From Scenedesmus sp. PABB004 (lineage: Eukaryota), in assembly GCA_014905635.1 (NCBI GenBank), contig JABVCE010000003.1:682001-746000 (forward strand): a stretch of 64,000 nt of DNA. Direction: 5' to 3'. This document shows, piece by piece, positions 49,607 to 60,257 of the stretch (its first letter is position 1; the number at the start of each line of letters is the position of its first letter). Position numbers and translations under genes: made by a program. The notes below the pieces were generated by a model. It worked only from the letters and a program-made list of their open reading frames with translations. It was not told the origin of the DNA and made no database searches.

Positions 49607-50095
49607 CGCGCCGCGCGGGCGGCGCGCGCGCGAGCGGGCGGCGGCGCCTGGGGCGGCGGGCCGCGACGCTGGCCGCCGCCCGCCCCGCCGCCGCTGTACA
49701 TGAGTGTAGCGAGCGTGTGTATCATTAGGTTGCATTGCGCGGCGCGGCAGTCTGGGGGCTGCGACGCGCGCAGCCGGCTCGGGGCGGGGCGGCAACGGGG
49801 CGGGGCGGGGCCTGGGGGGCGCCGGCAGGGCGTGTGGTTTTGCGCTGCAACCGACCAGAGGCAGTGGCCGTCGCTCCATCGGCAGCACACTGCAGCGCAG
49901 GCACGTCCTCGCGCTCTCGACGCCGCCAGTGCGAGCCCGCCGCGCCGCTGCTCTCGCTGCTGCTTGCTGCCGCTGCTGGCCCCGCTCCTCGCCCACGCCC
50001 CCCCCCCCGCTCGGAGAGGACGATCGCTTGGGCGGTGTCTGTGAGGGTCTCGCCAGCCCCGCAGCCGCGCCGGACGCGCCGCCGCGGCCGCGGTG

Positions 50096-50790
50096 ATGGA
50101 GCAGCAGCCCGGCGGCGCGGCCGGCGCGCAGCAGCAGCCGGGCTTTTCGGCTCACTACCGGCGGCTGCAGGACATCGAGCAGGTGCGCCGCGCGCGCCCG
50201 TCCCGGCCGGCGGTCGCTGCCCCGCCCGCCGCGGCGGCCGCTCAGCCCCCGCCCGCCGGCGCCGGCGCCGCGCAGAAAGTCGTGCGCGCCATCGAGGCCG
50301 CCAGCTTCGTGATGGGCGAGCTGGCCAAGCCGCGGGAGGAGGTGGACAAGCAGCTGCTGCACGCCGCGGCGGTGGGCTTTGTGTCGCAGGTGGCGGAGGC
50401 GCAGCAGCTCGTGCTGTCCGCGATCCGCACCGCCGCGCCGGAGCGCGGCTTTGAGGCCAACAACTACTTCCTCATGCTGCAGGCGCGGGGGCAGCAGGCG
50501 CGCGGGGCAGCGCGCCGCAGGCACACGCGGCGCGCCGCAGGCACACGCGGCGCCGGCCCGACCCGCGACGACCCGCGCGCCGCGTCGCGCCCGCGCAGGC
50601 CATGGTCGCTGCGGAGCGGCTGGACGCGGTGTCGGTGCACGTCAGCGGCATCAGCAAGCTGCTGCGCCAGCACCGGCAGCAGGAGCCGCAGCCGCCGCAG
50701 CTCGAGGGCGGCGGCGGCGGCGATGCCGGCGGCGGCGAGGGCATGCAGGTCGACGGCGCCGCGCAGCCGCCGTCGCCGGGCGGGTTGTAG
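50096..50790 (+). CDS. MED11: Mediator subunit 11-like, 3 exons
   Basis: RRLQDIEQ|KVVRAIEAASFVMGELAKP...F...V...Q..V...I......RGFEANNY matches the plant MED11 pattern as I recall it (RLQ.VE.RIV..LE.A..VM.EL..P ... RPFEK.DY). Confidence 0.75.
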
Positions 50791-50824
50791 CAGCAGCTGC
50801 GGCGCGCAGTTGGGAGGAGCGTTG

Positions 50825-50829
50825 TTACA
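50825..50829 (-). promoter_or_regulatory. TGTAA polyadenylation signal, probably for the HMA gene
   Basis: TTACA on + strand about 240 nt past the HMA stop codon. Confidence 0.5.
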
Positions 50830-51065
50830 AGCGATCCGTGCCCCCTGGCGGCGGCCGCCGCCGCCCCCGGGCGATGTGCAGACTGTGCAGCCGACCCACG
50901 CTATCGCAGCGTCCGGTTCAAACCGGACGCTCCACACACCTAAGACCAAAAAGCTCTGCTGCAGGCCGGAGGCAAGGGCCACGTCTCCGCGCTCCGCGCG
51001 CTGGGCCGCCGTGCCGGCGCGCCGGCAGCCAGAGGGGCCGCGCCGCCGCGGCGCTCAGGCGGCGC

Positions 51066-52018
51066 TCAGGCCTCGTAGTCAATGTGCGGCTCGGCCTCAA
51101 AGCCGAGCTCCTGCGGCGGCGCCGGCGCGCGCGGGCTCGCAGGCCGCCGCGGCGCGCGCCCCGCCGCGCCGCATGCCCTGCCGCGCCGCGCGTCACACCT
51201 TGACGGTCTCCACAAACGAGGGCAGCATGTTCATCGCGTCCAGCAGGCTCTCCGCCTCGACCTCAACCGTCGCGAGCTTGCTCTCGAGGTCGACCTGCAC
51301 CGCCTTGACGTGCGCCATCGCCTGCGCGCCGCGCAGCACGGCGGGCGGGCGGGCGGTGCGCGGTGGGCGGTGGACGGCGGGCGGGCGGGCGGTGCGCGGG
51401 GGGCGGTGGGCGGGCGGGCAGCGCGGCGGCGGCGGCGGCGCGGGTGGGGGGGCGGGCAGCGCGGCGGCGGCGCGTCGCGCTCGCCTTGAGCGCGTCCTCG
51501 ACGCGCGAGCTGCAGCCGCCGCACTTCATGCCCTTGATCTTGATGTCCAGCTCCACCAGGTTGCCTGCGGCGGCGCGGCGGCGGCGGCGGCGGCGCAGCA
51601 GTCGGCGCCTCGATCGCGCCAGCCCTCTGTGGTGGTCGTGAGAGTCGGCGCGCGGCCGCGCACGCGCAGCAGCGGCGCCGGGCGCGCGGCGCCGTTGCGT
51701 TGCCGCCGGTGCGGCCCTTTCGGAGCGGCACTGGCGCGGCCCACGCGCTCACTCACTCTCCGCCATGCTGCTGTCGACGGCGCTGCGGGCTGCGACGGCG
51801 CGCTCGGGGAGGCTGCTGCTCCGGGCCGCTGCTGCGCGCCCGGCGGCCGCCAGCGCGCGCACGCACGCGCCCGGGGAGGCCACACCGCCTGGGCACGAGG
51901 GCGCGGGGCGCCGCGGCCGCAGCGCCGCCAGGCCACCGCGCGGGGCGGCGCGCAGCTGCTGCAGCGCGCGCCCGGCGGCGCGCGCGGGGCCGACGGCGGC
52001 CATCGCTGCCTGCTGCAT
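51066..52018 (-). CDS. Organelle-targeted heavy-metal-associated (HMA/CopZ-like) copper chaperone, 4 exons
   Basis: Ala/Arg-rich transit peptide, then ELDIKIKGMKCGGCSSRVEDALK|AMAHVKAVQVDLESKLATV...|ELGFEA with the MxCxxC motif. Confidence 0.88.
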
Positions 52019-52303
52019 CGCGGTGATGCCTTTGCTGCCGGTTGCGGTGGGGAGCGGCAGCAGCAGGGGATGAACCAAACAGGGTGCGTCGCGCCGGCGC
52101 GCGTTTGCGCTCGGCGCCGGTCGCAAGCAGGCTCGCTCGCTTGCCGTTCACGATCTACGCACGCCAGACGACCCGGCCACGCACCTCCGCCGCCCCGCCG
52201 ACGACGCACCCCCGCGCCGCGCCGCGCCGCGCCGCCGCTGCTCTCGACGCCCGGCCGCCGGTTCGCTCCGCCGCTGGGCTTTCGCACATTCACGAACACC
52301 AAC

Positions 52304-53154
52304 ATGTCCGACCCGGCGCTCCCGGAAGCGGTCGCGGCCTTCAAGGCGCTGCAGCAGGGTGGGCAGATGGCGGGAGGCACCCCGCCCCGCGCCTGGGCGC
52401 GTCGGCAGGCGCTGATCCGCCGCGCCCGCCGCAGAGCTGAGCGCGCAGGCGCAGACGCGGCAGCAGCTGATGCAGCAGATCAACGAGACCGAGATGGTGA
52501 AGGAGGTGCGGCCGCGCTGCTGCGCCGCCCCGCTGCACGGCCCGCGCTCGGCCCCAGGGGCCCGCGACCGCGCGCCCGGGGCGGCCGTGCCGGGAGACAG
52601 CGTCACGCCCGGCGTGCGGCGGCGGCGGCGGCACGGGGCGCACGCGCATGCCGCGGCGCGGTGCCGGCGGCGCCGCTGACGCGAGTGTGCCGCCGACGCC
52701 GCGCGGCCGCGCTGCAGGAGCTGGACCGGTTGGACGAGGACGCCACGGTGTTCAAGCAGATCGGGCCCGCGCTCATCAAGCAGGACCTGGTCGAAGCCAA
52801 GGTCCGGCCGCGAGGGGCACGGCCCGCGCCGCGCGCCCCCCGCGCCGCGCCGCGCTGCACTGCTGAGCCGCGCCGCGCTTGCCGCCTCCGCGACGTGCAG
52901 GCCAACGTCTGCAAGCGTCTGGAGTTCATCCAGGGCGAGCTGAAGCGCGTGAACGACAAGCAGGCCAGCATCGAGAGCAGGGCGCGGGAGCAGCAGGCGA
53001 AGGTGCGCATGCGCGCGGGGCGGGCGCGGAGCGGCGCCGCGGCCGTGGCGCCGTGCGCGCGCTGCTCACGGCGCCGGGCCGCGCGCCGCAGGTGATGGAG
53101 CTGCAGCAAAAGCAGGCGGCAGCCGCCGCGGCCGCGGGCGTGCCCGCCGCGTGA
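52304..53154 (+). CDS. PFDN6: Prefoldin subunit 6 (beta type), 5 exons
   Basis: RQQLMQQINETEMVKE|ELDRLDEDATVFKQIGPALIKQDLVEAK|ANVCKRLEFIQGELKR. Confidence 0.93.
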
Positions 53155-53635
53155 GTGGGTCGCCGTGCGGGGGCGGGCGGCAGCAGGCGCTGCCGCGGCG
53201 GGGCCGGGACTTTCAGCAGCGTGTTGCCATTGGGTGGACGGGTGAGGTGCCGCGGCGGTGACGGTGTTGTCGGGCGCCGGCGCCGGCGGAGGTGCAGCGG
53301 CGGCGGCTTTGCGTGCGCCGCGAGTGAGCCGGCACCTGGTCGACGCGGGTCCGTAATCCTTGCCGCTCACGCTGTCACTAGCGCGCGTCCCGGGAGCAGC
53401 AGCAGCGGGCGGCCGACCTCGCGCGCCCCCGCGCCTCTCTCCCGGCCCCTTGCACCGCGCGCGCCGGCCGTGGCCCTCCAGCTCCAGCCCCGGACGCACC
53501 CGGCGCAGCGAGGCGGCGCGGCGGGCAGCCCGCGGCGCGGCGGCGGCTGCGGCGGCCGGCGCCGGCGGCGACAGCGGGCGGCGCGGCCGCAGCGGGCGGC
53601 GGCCGCGGGCGCGTTGGGCCCAGCAGCTGGGCAGC

Positions 53636-55719
53636 ATGGCCGACGACGGCGCGCCGGGGCTGCTGACGCTGCAGGCGTCCAGCAAGTGCGCGCCGCGCTG
53701 CTGCGCCGCGCCGCCGGCCGCGCCGCCGGCGCCGCCGCCGGCCGGGCCGCGCCGACGCGCGCCCCCGCGCGCCGTGCCCCGCGCGCCGCCCGCGCGCTGC
53801 AGGCCCAAGAAGAAGAAGGCGCGGCCGGACGACTACCTGAAGCAGGTCTCCGACAAGAAGCTCAAGGGCAAGCTCAAGCACACGGAGCGGCTCTACAAGG
53901 AGGCCAACAAGGCCGCCGCGCGGCTCAACACCTGGCTCGCGCCCGCCGAGGCGGGTTTGCTCGAGGCGGAGGGTGCGCCGCGCGCGCGCGCGCGCGGCGC
54001 GGGCGGGCGGCCTGCGGCGGCGGCGGCCGCGCGCGCCGCGCGCGCCCGCGCGGCGCCGGCGGGGTCGCACGCCCGCGCGCCGCCGCGGCCGGCGCAGGCG
54101 TGGAGGAGACGTGGCAGATTCAGCAGGCGCAGATCGCGTCGGCCGTGCAGAGCGGCGCGGCGCGCAAGGCGTTTGACCTGGCGCTGCCCGACCTGGGGCC
54201 CTACTCGCTCGCGTACAGCCGCGCGGGGCGGCACATGGTGCTCGGCGGCGCAAAGGGCCACCTCGCGGTGCTCGAGTGGGGCCGCGGCCACCTCACCTGC
54301 GAGCTGCAGGCGCGGCGCGGCGCGCGCGCACGCACGGCCCGCGCGCGCGGCCCGCCGCCGCTGCCGCACCCGCACCCGCGCTGCGCGCGCCGCGCCGAGC
54401 GTGCCCGCCGCCGTCGCCCGCGCCGCCGCACGCGCAGGTCAAGGAGACGACGCGCGCGGTGACGTTCCTGCACAACGAGCTCTTCTTTGCCGCGGCACAG
54501 GCCAAGTACGTCTACATCTACGACAAGCGCGGCCTCGAGGTCCACGCGCTGCGCGGCCACGTCGCGCCGGCGGCGCTCGACTTCCTGCCCCACCACTTCC
54601 TGCTCACAAGCATCGGCGAGCAGGGTGAGCCGGCGACGCACACGGCCGTGGCGCCGCCGCGGCGCCCCGCTTGCCCAGCGCCCGCTGGCCTGCCTCGCCC
54701 CGCCGGCCTGCCTCGCCCAGCGGGCTGCCGACCCGCGCCGCGCCGCCGCCAACCCGTCGTGTCCCGCCCCGCGCCGCCCCGCGCCGCCCCGCCCCGTCCC
54801 GCGCGCCGCCCGCCAGGCGTGCTGCACTACCAGGACACGTCGACGGGGCAGATCGTGGCGGAGCACCGCACGCGGCTGGGGCCGTGCGACGTGATGCGGC
54901 ACAACCCGCACAACGCGGTGATCGCGTGCGGCCACGCGGCGGGCAGCGTGACGATGTGGACGCCCAACATCACCACGCCCGTCGTCAAGATGCTCTGCCA
55001 CCGCGGCGCGGTGCGCGCGCTCGCGGTCGACCCGACCGGCCACCAGCTCGTCACCGCGGGTGCGCTGTGCGCCGCGCGCCGCGCCACGGCGTGCACGCCT
55101 GGGGGACGCCCCTCGCCTGCTCCCTCCGCGCCACCCCACCCCGCTCCACCCCCTCCCCCTCCCCCTCCCCCCGCACCCCGCCTCCGTGCCCAGGCGTTGA
55201 CTGCCAGGTCAAGGTGTGGGACGTGCGCACGTACAAGCCGCTGCACGCCTACTTTGCCAACGCGCCGCCGACGTCGCTCGACGTCAGCCAGCGCGGCCTG
55301 CTCGCGGTCGCGCAGGGCGCGCGCGTGCAGGTCTGGCGCGACGCGCTCGGCGCCAAGGCGGCCGCGCCGTACCTCAACCACCTGGCGCCGCTCGGCGCGG
55401 TGCGGGCCGCGCGCTTCTGCCCCTACGAGGACGTGCTCGGCCTCGGCTGCGCCGGCGGCGTGAGCAGCGCGCTCGTGCCGGGCGCGGGCGAGCCCAACTT
55501 TGACTCGTACGTGGCAAACCCCTACGCGAGCGCGCGCGAGCGCCGCGAGGCCGAGGTCGCCGCGCTGCTGGACAAGCTGCAGCCCGACACGATCATGCTC
55601 GAGCCAGAGGCGGTCGGCAAGGTGCGGCGCAGCGGCACGGCGCGGCGCTGCGCGGCGCTGCGCTGCGCTGCGCTGCGGGCGCGCGCCGGCGCCGGGGCCG
55701 GCGCTCGGCCGGACGGCGA

Positions 55720-55787
<68 letters not shown>

Positions 55788-56236
55788 GCGGCGCGCCCAG
55801 GTGCTCAAGGAGCCCGCCGACGTCGCGGCGTCGCGGCGCGCGGCCGAGGCGGCGGCCAACGCGGCGCGCGTCGCGGCGGCGCGGCGCGCGGCGGACAACA
55901 AGGCGCGCATGAAGGGCCGCAACAAGCCCACGCGGCGGCAGAAGAAGAAGCAGCTCAACATCATCGAGGACCGCAAGCCCGCGCTGCGCGCCAAGCTGCA
56001 GGAGGAGGTGCGCGAGGAGCCCGCCGCGCGCGCGCCGGCAGGCGGCGGGCGCCCGCCGCGCTGCAGCGGCCCCGCCCGGCGCGGCCGGGGGCGACCCGCG
56101 CCGCCGCCGCCGCCGCCGCCGCGCCCGCGCGCGACCCGCACCGCGCCAGGAGCGGGAGCGCAAGGAGGTCGCGCAGGACGAGAAGCGGCGCAAGCTGGAG
56201 ACCGTGCCGCGCGCGCTGCACCGCCTCTACCACTGA
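53636..56236 (+). CDS. WDR46: WD40 U3 snoRNP/SSU processome protein WDR46/UTP7 with BING4 C-terminal domain
   Basis: FDLALPDLGPY, GRHMVLGGAKGHLA, FLHNELFFAAAQAKYVYIYD..GLEVH, LDFLPHHFLL, FCPYEDVLGLG, LVPGAGEPNFD, ERREAEVAALLDKLQPDTI. Confidence 0.95.
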
Positions 56237-56524
56237 CGGCGGCGCGGGGCGGTGCCTGCAGGCACCCGCAGCTGCGGGCGCGGCGCTGCCGGTCGGGGGG
56301 AGTTGCGGGTCCGGCGTAACGTCACGCCGGCGTCAACAACGCCGTTCAACTCGCACTCGGACGCGGATCACGGCAGCCGCCAGTCCCTGCGCTCAGCCCA
56401 GCCTGGTCCCAGCCTCGCCCCAGCCCGCCATCCTGCTGCTGCTGTTGATACAACAACATAACGCGTCAATCCGCTGCCCTTGAACCCAACGCAGCGCGTT
56501 CGCAGCGCCGTGCGCCGGGCGCGC

Positions 56525-58861
56525 TCACAAGCTGGCGTCGCTGTCGTCGCCGCCGTGCGCGTCCAGCGCGCCGCTGTCCGCAAACGGCGCCTCGCCCAGC
56601 ACGTTGCTGACGGCGGCGAGCGGCCGCTGCAGCGTGTAGCCGCCGACGCGGGCGCCGCCACCCGCGGTGCCGCCTGCGGCGGCGAGCCGGTCCGCGACCT
56701 CCTCCAGCGCGGCCGCGGCGGCCTGCGCCTGGCGCACGTTGGCCGCGATCTTGGCGCAGTACAGCTGCGCGGCGGCGGCGGGAGCCAGGCGCGTGGGCAG
56801 CGCGGCGGCGCAACTGGCCTCTGTGAGCGCTCGAGCGCGCGGGGCGCGGGGCAGCGCGGCAGCGCGGCAGCGCGGCAGCGCGGCAGCGCGGCGCAGCGCA
56901 CCTCGAGCGGCAGGATGGACGCGGGCTCCTCCACCTGCACGCCAATCTCCTCAATGCCGCACCTGCCGAGCGAGCCGCGCGGGCGCGGGCAGGCGGGCGC
57001 AGGCGGGCGGGCGGCGGGCGGGCCCGGCCCAGCGCGCGCGGCGGCGCTCGCTGTCGGCGGGCGCTGCCGGCCAGCCAGCGCCGGCGCTGGCACGCGCGCG
57101 CGCCGGGCCGCGCACAGGAAAAAGGCGAGGCCGACGGTCAGCGGCACCGTGAAATAGCCCATGTTGTCTGCCACGCACAGCGGCAGCACGGTGAGCCAGC
57201 ACACGAGGAAGCGCGACGTGTGCCTGCGGCGCGGCCGCGCCGGCGCGCGGCGTCCGGGCGGCGGCGCCGCCGCGGCGCGGCCGCCGGCGCGGCCCCCCTC
57301 CCACCGCGCCGCGCCGCAGCACCCCGCCGGGGCAGCACCTCGTGTATGACAGTGGAATCGGCGTCGACAGCAGCCGCTCGCAGCCGCCCATCATGTCCTG
57401 CGCCGTGCATGCGCGGGCGGGCGCAGGGGCGCCCCGGTGGCGGCCGGTCATCCGCGCCGCGCCGCGCCGCGCCGCGCCGCGCGCCCGCCCGCCGCGCGGC
57501 GCGCGCGCCTGCAGCACCGACACACTCTCGTCCATGCGCAGCTTCTCCACGTCCTTGGCGCCCGACGCGCGCACGTGCATGCCCAGGCCCTGCGGGGCGC
57601 GCGGCCGCTCGGCCGCTCCGCCGCGCCGCGCCGCGCCGCGCCGGCCCCGGCCGCCGCCGCGCCCGCCGCGCCCGCTCCCGCCGCCGCGCCTGCAGGACCG
57701 CGGTGCCCGGGTGCGGCTGCGCCAGCACGAGCGCCGCCTCGTCCGGCTCGAGCGCGTGCGCGCGCTCGAGCGCGCGCGCCAGCTCCACGTCCTCGCGCAG
57801 GCTCGCCATCAGCGCGATGGGAAAGGCGGCCGTCCAGCGGCACACCGCGGCGGCGTGCGGCGGCTCGCACCACAGCGTCGCCTGGCGCGCGAGGTCGCGG
57901 CAGCGGTTTGTGACCGTGCCCCACTGCTTGCGGCACTCGACGTGGCGCTGGTAGCTGGAGTTTGTGCGGAACACGAGCAGCAGGGAGAGCGCAAACGTCG
58001 AGAGCGAGAACGGGCCAGCCAGGTCGAGCGCGATGCGCGGCCAGGCGAAGCCCCACTCCGGCAGCGCGCCCTGCTGCAGCGCCGTCTCGTACACGCACAC
58101 TGCGGCGGCGGCGGCGGCGGCGGCGCGGGCGTCGTGCGTTGCGCGTGGGCCCGGCGCCGAGGCGCGCCGGGGCCCCCCGGCGGCGCGCTGCCAGCCCGCC
58201 GTCAGGGCGCGGCGCGGCCCCGGTCCGGACGCACCGGCAGTGCTGACGCAGGCGACATATGCGAGCACCGGCCACAGCCCCCGCACGATGCGGCTGCCGA
58301 GCATGCCGCGGGCGTGCCGCCAGTATCGCCAAGTGCTTCTATGCGCCGCCCACTGCTCATGGTCAAAGGTCTGCGGGTGCGGCGCGCGCGGCGTTGGCCG
58401 CGGCGGCGCGCGCGGCGTTGCCCGCGGCGGCAAGCGCCGGGGCGGCGCGCGCGGCGCTGGCCGCGGCGGCAAGCCCCGGGTTGCTCGGACAGCGGGGGTC
58501 GCAGCCAGCGGCCAGGAGCCAGCAGCCAGCGGCCAGCGGCGCGCGGCTAGGTCAGCGGCGGCGCCGTTGAACTACTGCCGCCGCTCACCGTGCGCCGGTA
58601 GCGGCGCGCCTTCTCCTTCTCCACGTCCCGGTCGTGGCGCCGGCCCGGCTTGACGTCCACGGCGCCCACGGGCTCGGTGGGGGAGAGAGACCTCGCGGGC
58701 GCCGCGGGCGCCGATGCCGGTTGCTGCTGCTGCCGCCCGGCCGCCGCCGCGAGCGGGGCCCGGCGTGGCGCTGGACGCGCGGTCAGGACACTGCGAAAGG
58801 GGCGCGCGGGGCGCGCGGGCCGCGCGGCAGCGCGCGGCAGGCATGGAGAGTGCAGCAGCAT
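56525..58861 (-). CDS. Plastid bestrophin-like anion channel (UPF0187/VCCN/BST family), multi-exon
   Basis: Transit peptide; RRYRRT|TFDHEQWAAHRS..RY, ALSLLLVFRTNSSYQR...RKQWG, GGCERLLSTPIPLSYTR|HTSRFL..WL..LP, GIEEIGVQVEEP. Confidence 0.93.
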
Positions 58862-60257
58862 GTTTGTCGGTGGCGCGCAGCTGCCCGCCGGAGGGCCCTA
58901 GGTTGGGAAACACGTCACGGCGGACCTGCCCCGACGGCCGGGGCGGTCGCGGCGCGCGCCCCTCGAGCGGGAGGGGTTTTTGCAGGACGCGTCAGCTGGC
59001 CGCGCGTGCAGGCAGGAGCGTTTTGTGTGGCAGCGGCAGCGGGCGGAAAGGAAGCGAGCGCGCGCTGCCGCGGCGAGCCGGCCAGGCCGCCCGGCAGCAG
59101 GCGGGGGCGGCCGCGCACGCAGCGGCGGCGGCGCGGCGGCGCGCGCGCCGCGCGGCCCGCCGGCAGCGCCGGGCGACACGCCCCGTCGCTATCCCCGCGG
59201 TGGCACCGGCGCCGCCGGCGTCGCGCTGCAGCAGCGCCGTCGCCGCGGCCGCCCGCGCGCGGGTCAAGCGGTCAGCATTCGGTCCTCGCCGCGAGCGCCG
59301 CCCCTCGCGCGCCGCAGCGGGTCCCGCGGCGCGCCCGGTCGACGGCAGAGATTGGTTTCACACCGTGCAGTGACCGCGATCGCACGCCCGAGGCCGCCGG
59401 GCGCGGGCGCGGGCAGCGACGGGCGCTGCAGTTCCAGCGCGCCCCCGGCGCCCGCCGCCGCGCCCGCGCGGCCGCCCCGCGGCGCTGGGCTGCTCCCGGC
59501 CTCGGCCGCCGCACGCACGCCGCGGCGCCGACCGTGCGGCCGTCGCGTCGCGCAGCGGGCGGGCGCGTCGGCAAGCGGAGCCCCACGGGTTCCGCACCCC
59601 CCAGGGTCCCCCGCGCTCGGGGCGGGCCGCTGCCCCGCCCGCCCCGCCCGGCCCGCGTCAAACGCGCCCCGCCAGCCATCCGCCCGCATCGCCCTGCGGC
59701 AGCGGAGCTCTCGGTCGCGGCGGAGTGGCGGAGCAGCAGACGCAGGCGCCGCAGCACGGTTCCTGCTGATGGCAGCGACGACGGACAACGCCCCCCGGCC
59801 GTCCGTGGGCCACGCGGCCCTGCACAGGTGCGGGGGGCGGCGATCCTGCCGGCCCGCAGGCGCCCGGGCGGGGCTGTGGGCGCGTGCTCGGTCCGCAGCG
59901 CAGCCCGGGGGCCGGGGCACCGTCTGTGGGGCCCAGGGCCGCGGCGCCAGGGGCCTGCCGCCGCTGCTGGGCGCGCGCGGGGCGCCCAGCTGGGCCTCCG
60001 CTCCGAGCAGCTGCCCCGGCGCCCTGGCGCGGCGCGGCGCGCTGCGGGCGCTCCCGGAGGCGTGGCGGGCTTTACGGGGGCCCCTCGAACGCGGCAGGGG
60101 CGCTGCGGCCCGGCAACGCAGCTGTTGGGGCCTCGCGCGAGCCCGGCAGCAGCGGGCGCCCGCTCGCGCCCCTGGCGCGCCGCCCGGCCGCGGCCCCCCG
60201 CTCACGCCCGCCCGCCCCGCCCCCGGCCCCTCCCCGCGCCCCCGCCAGGCGCCGTGC

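Noticed and set aside
50093..53095. 1000-aa ORF appearing to fuse MED11 and prefoldin 6
   Set aside because: Chance read-through of introns and the antisense HMA gene; each gene has its own start and stop.
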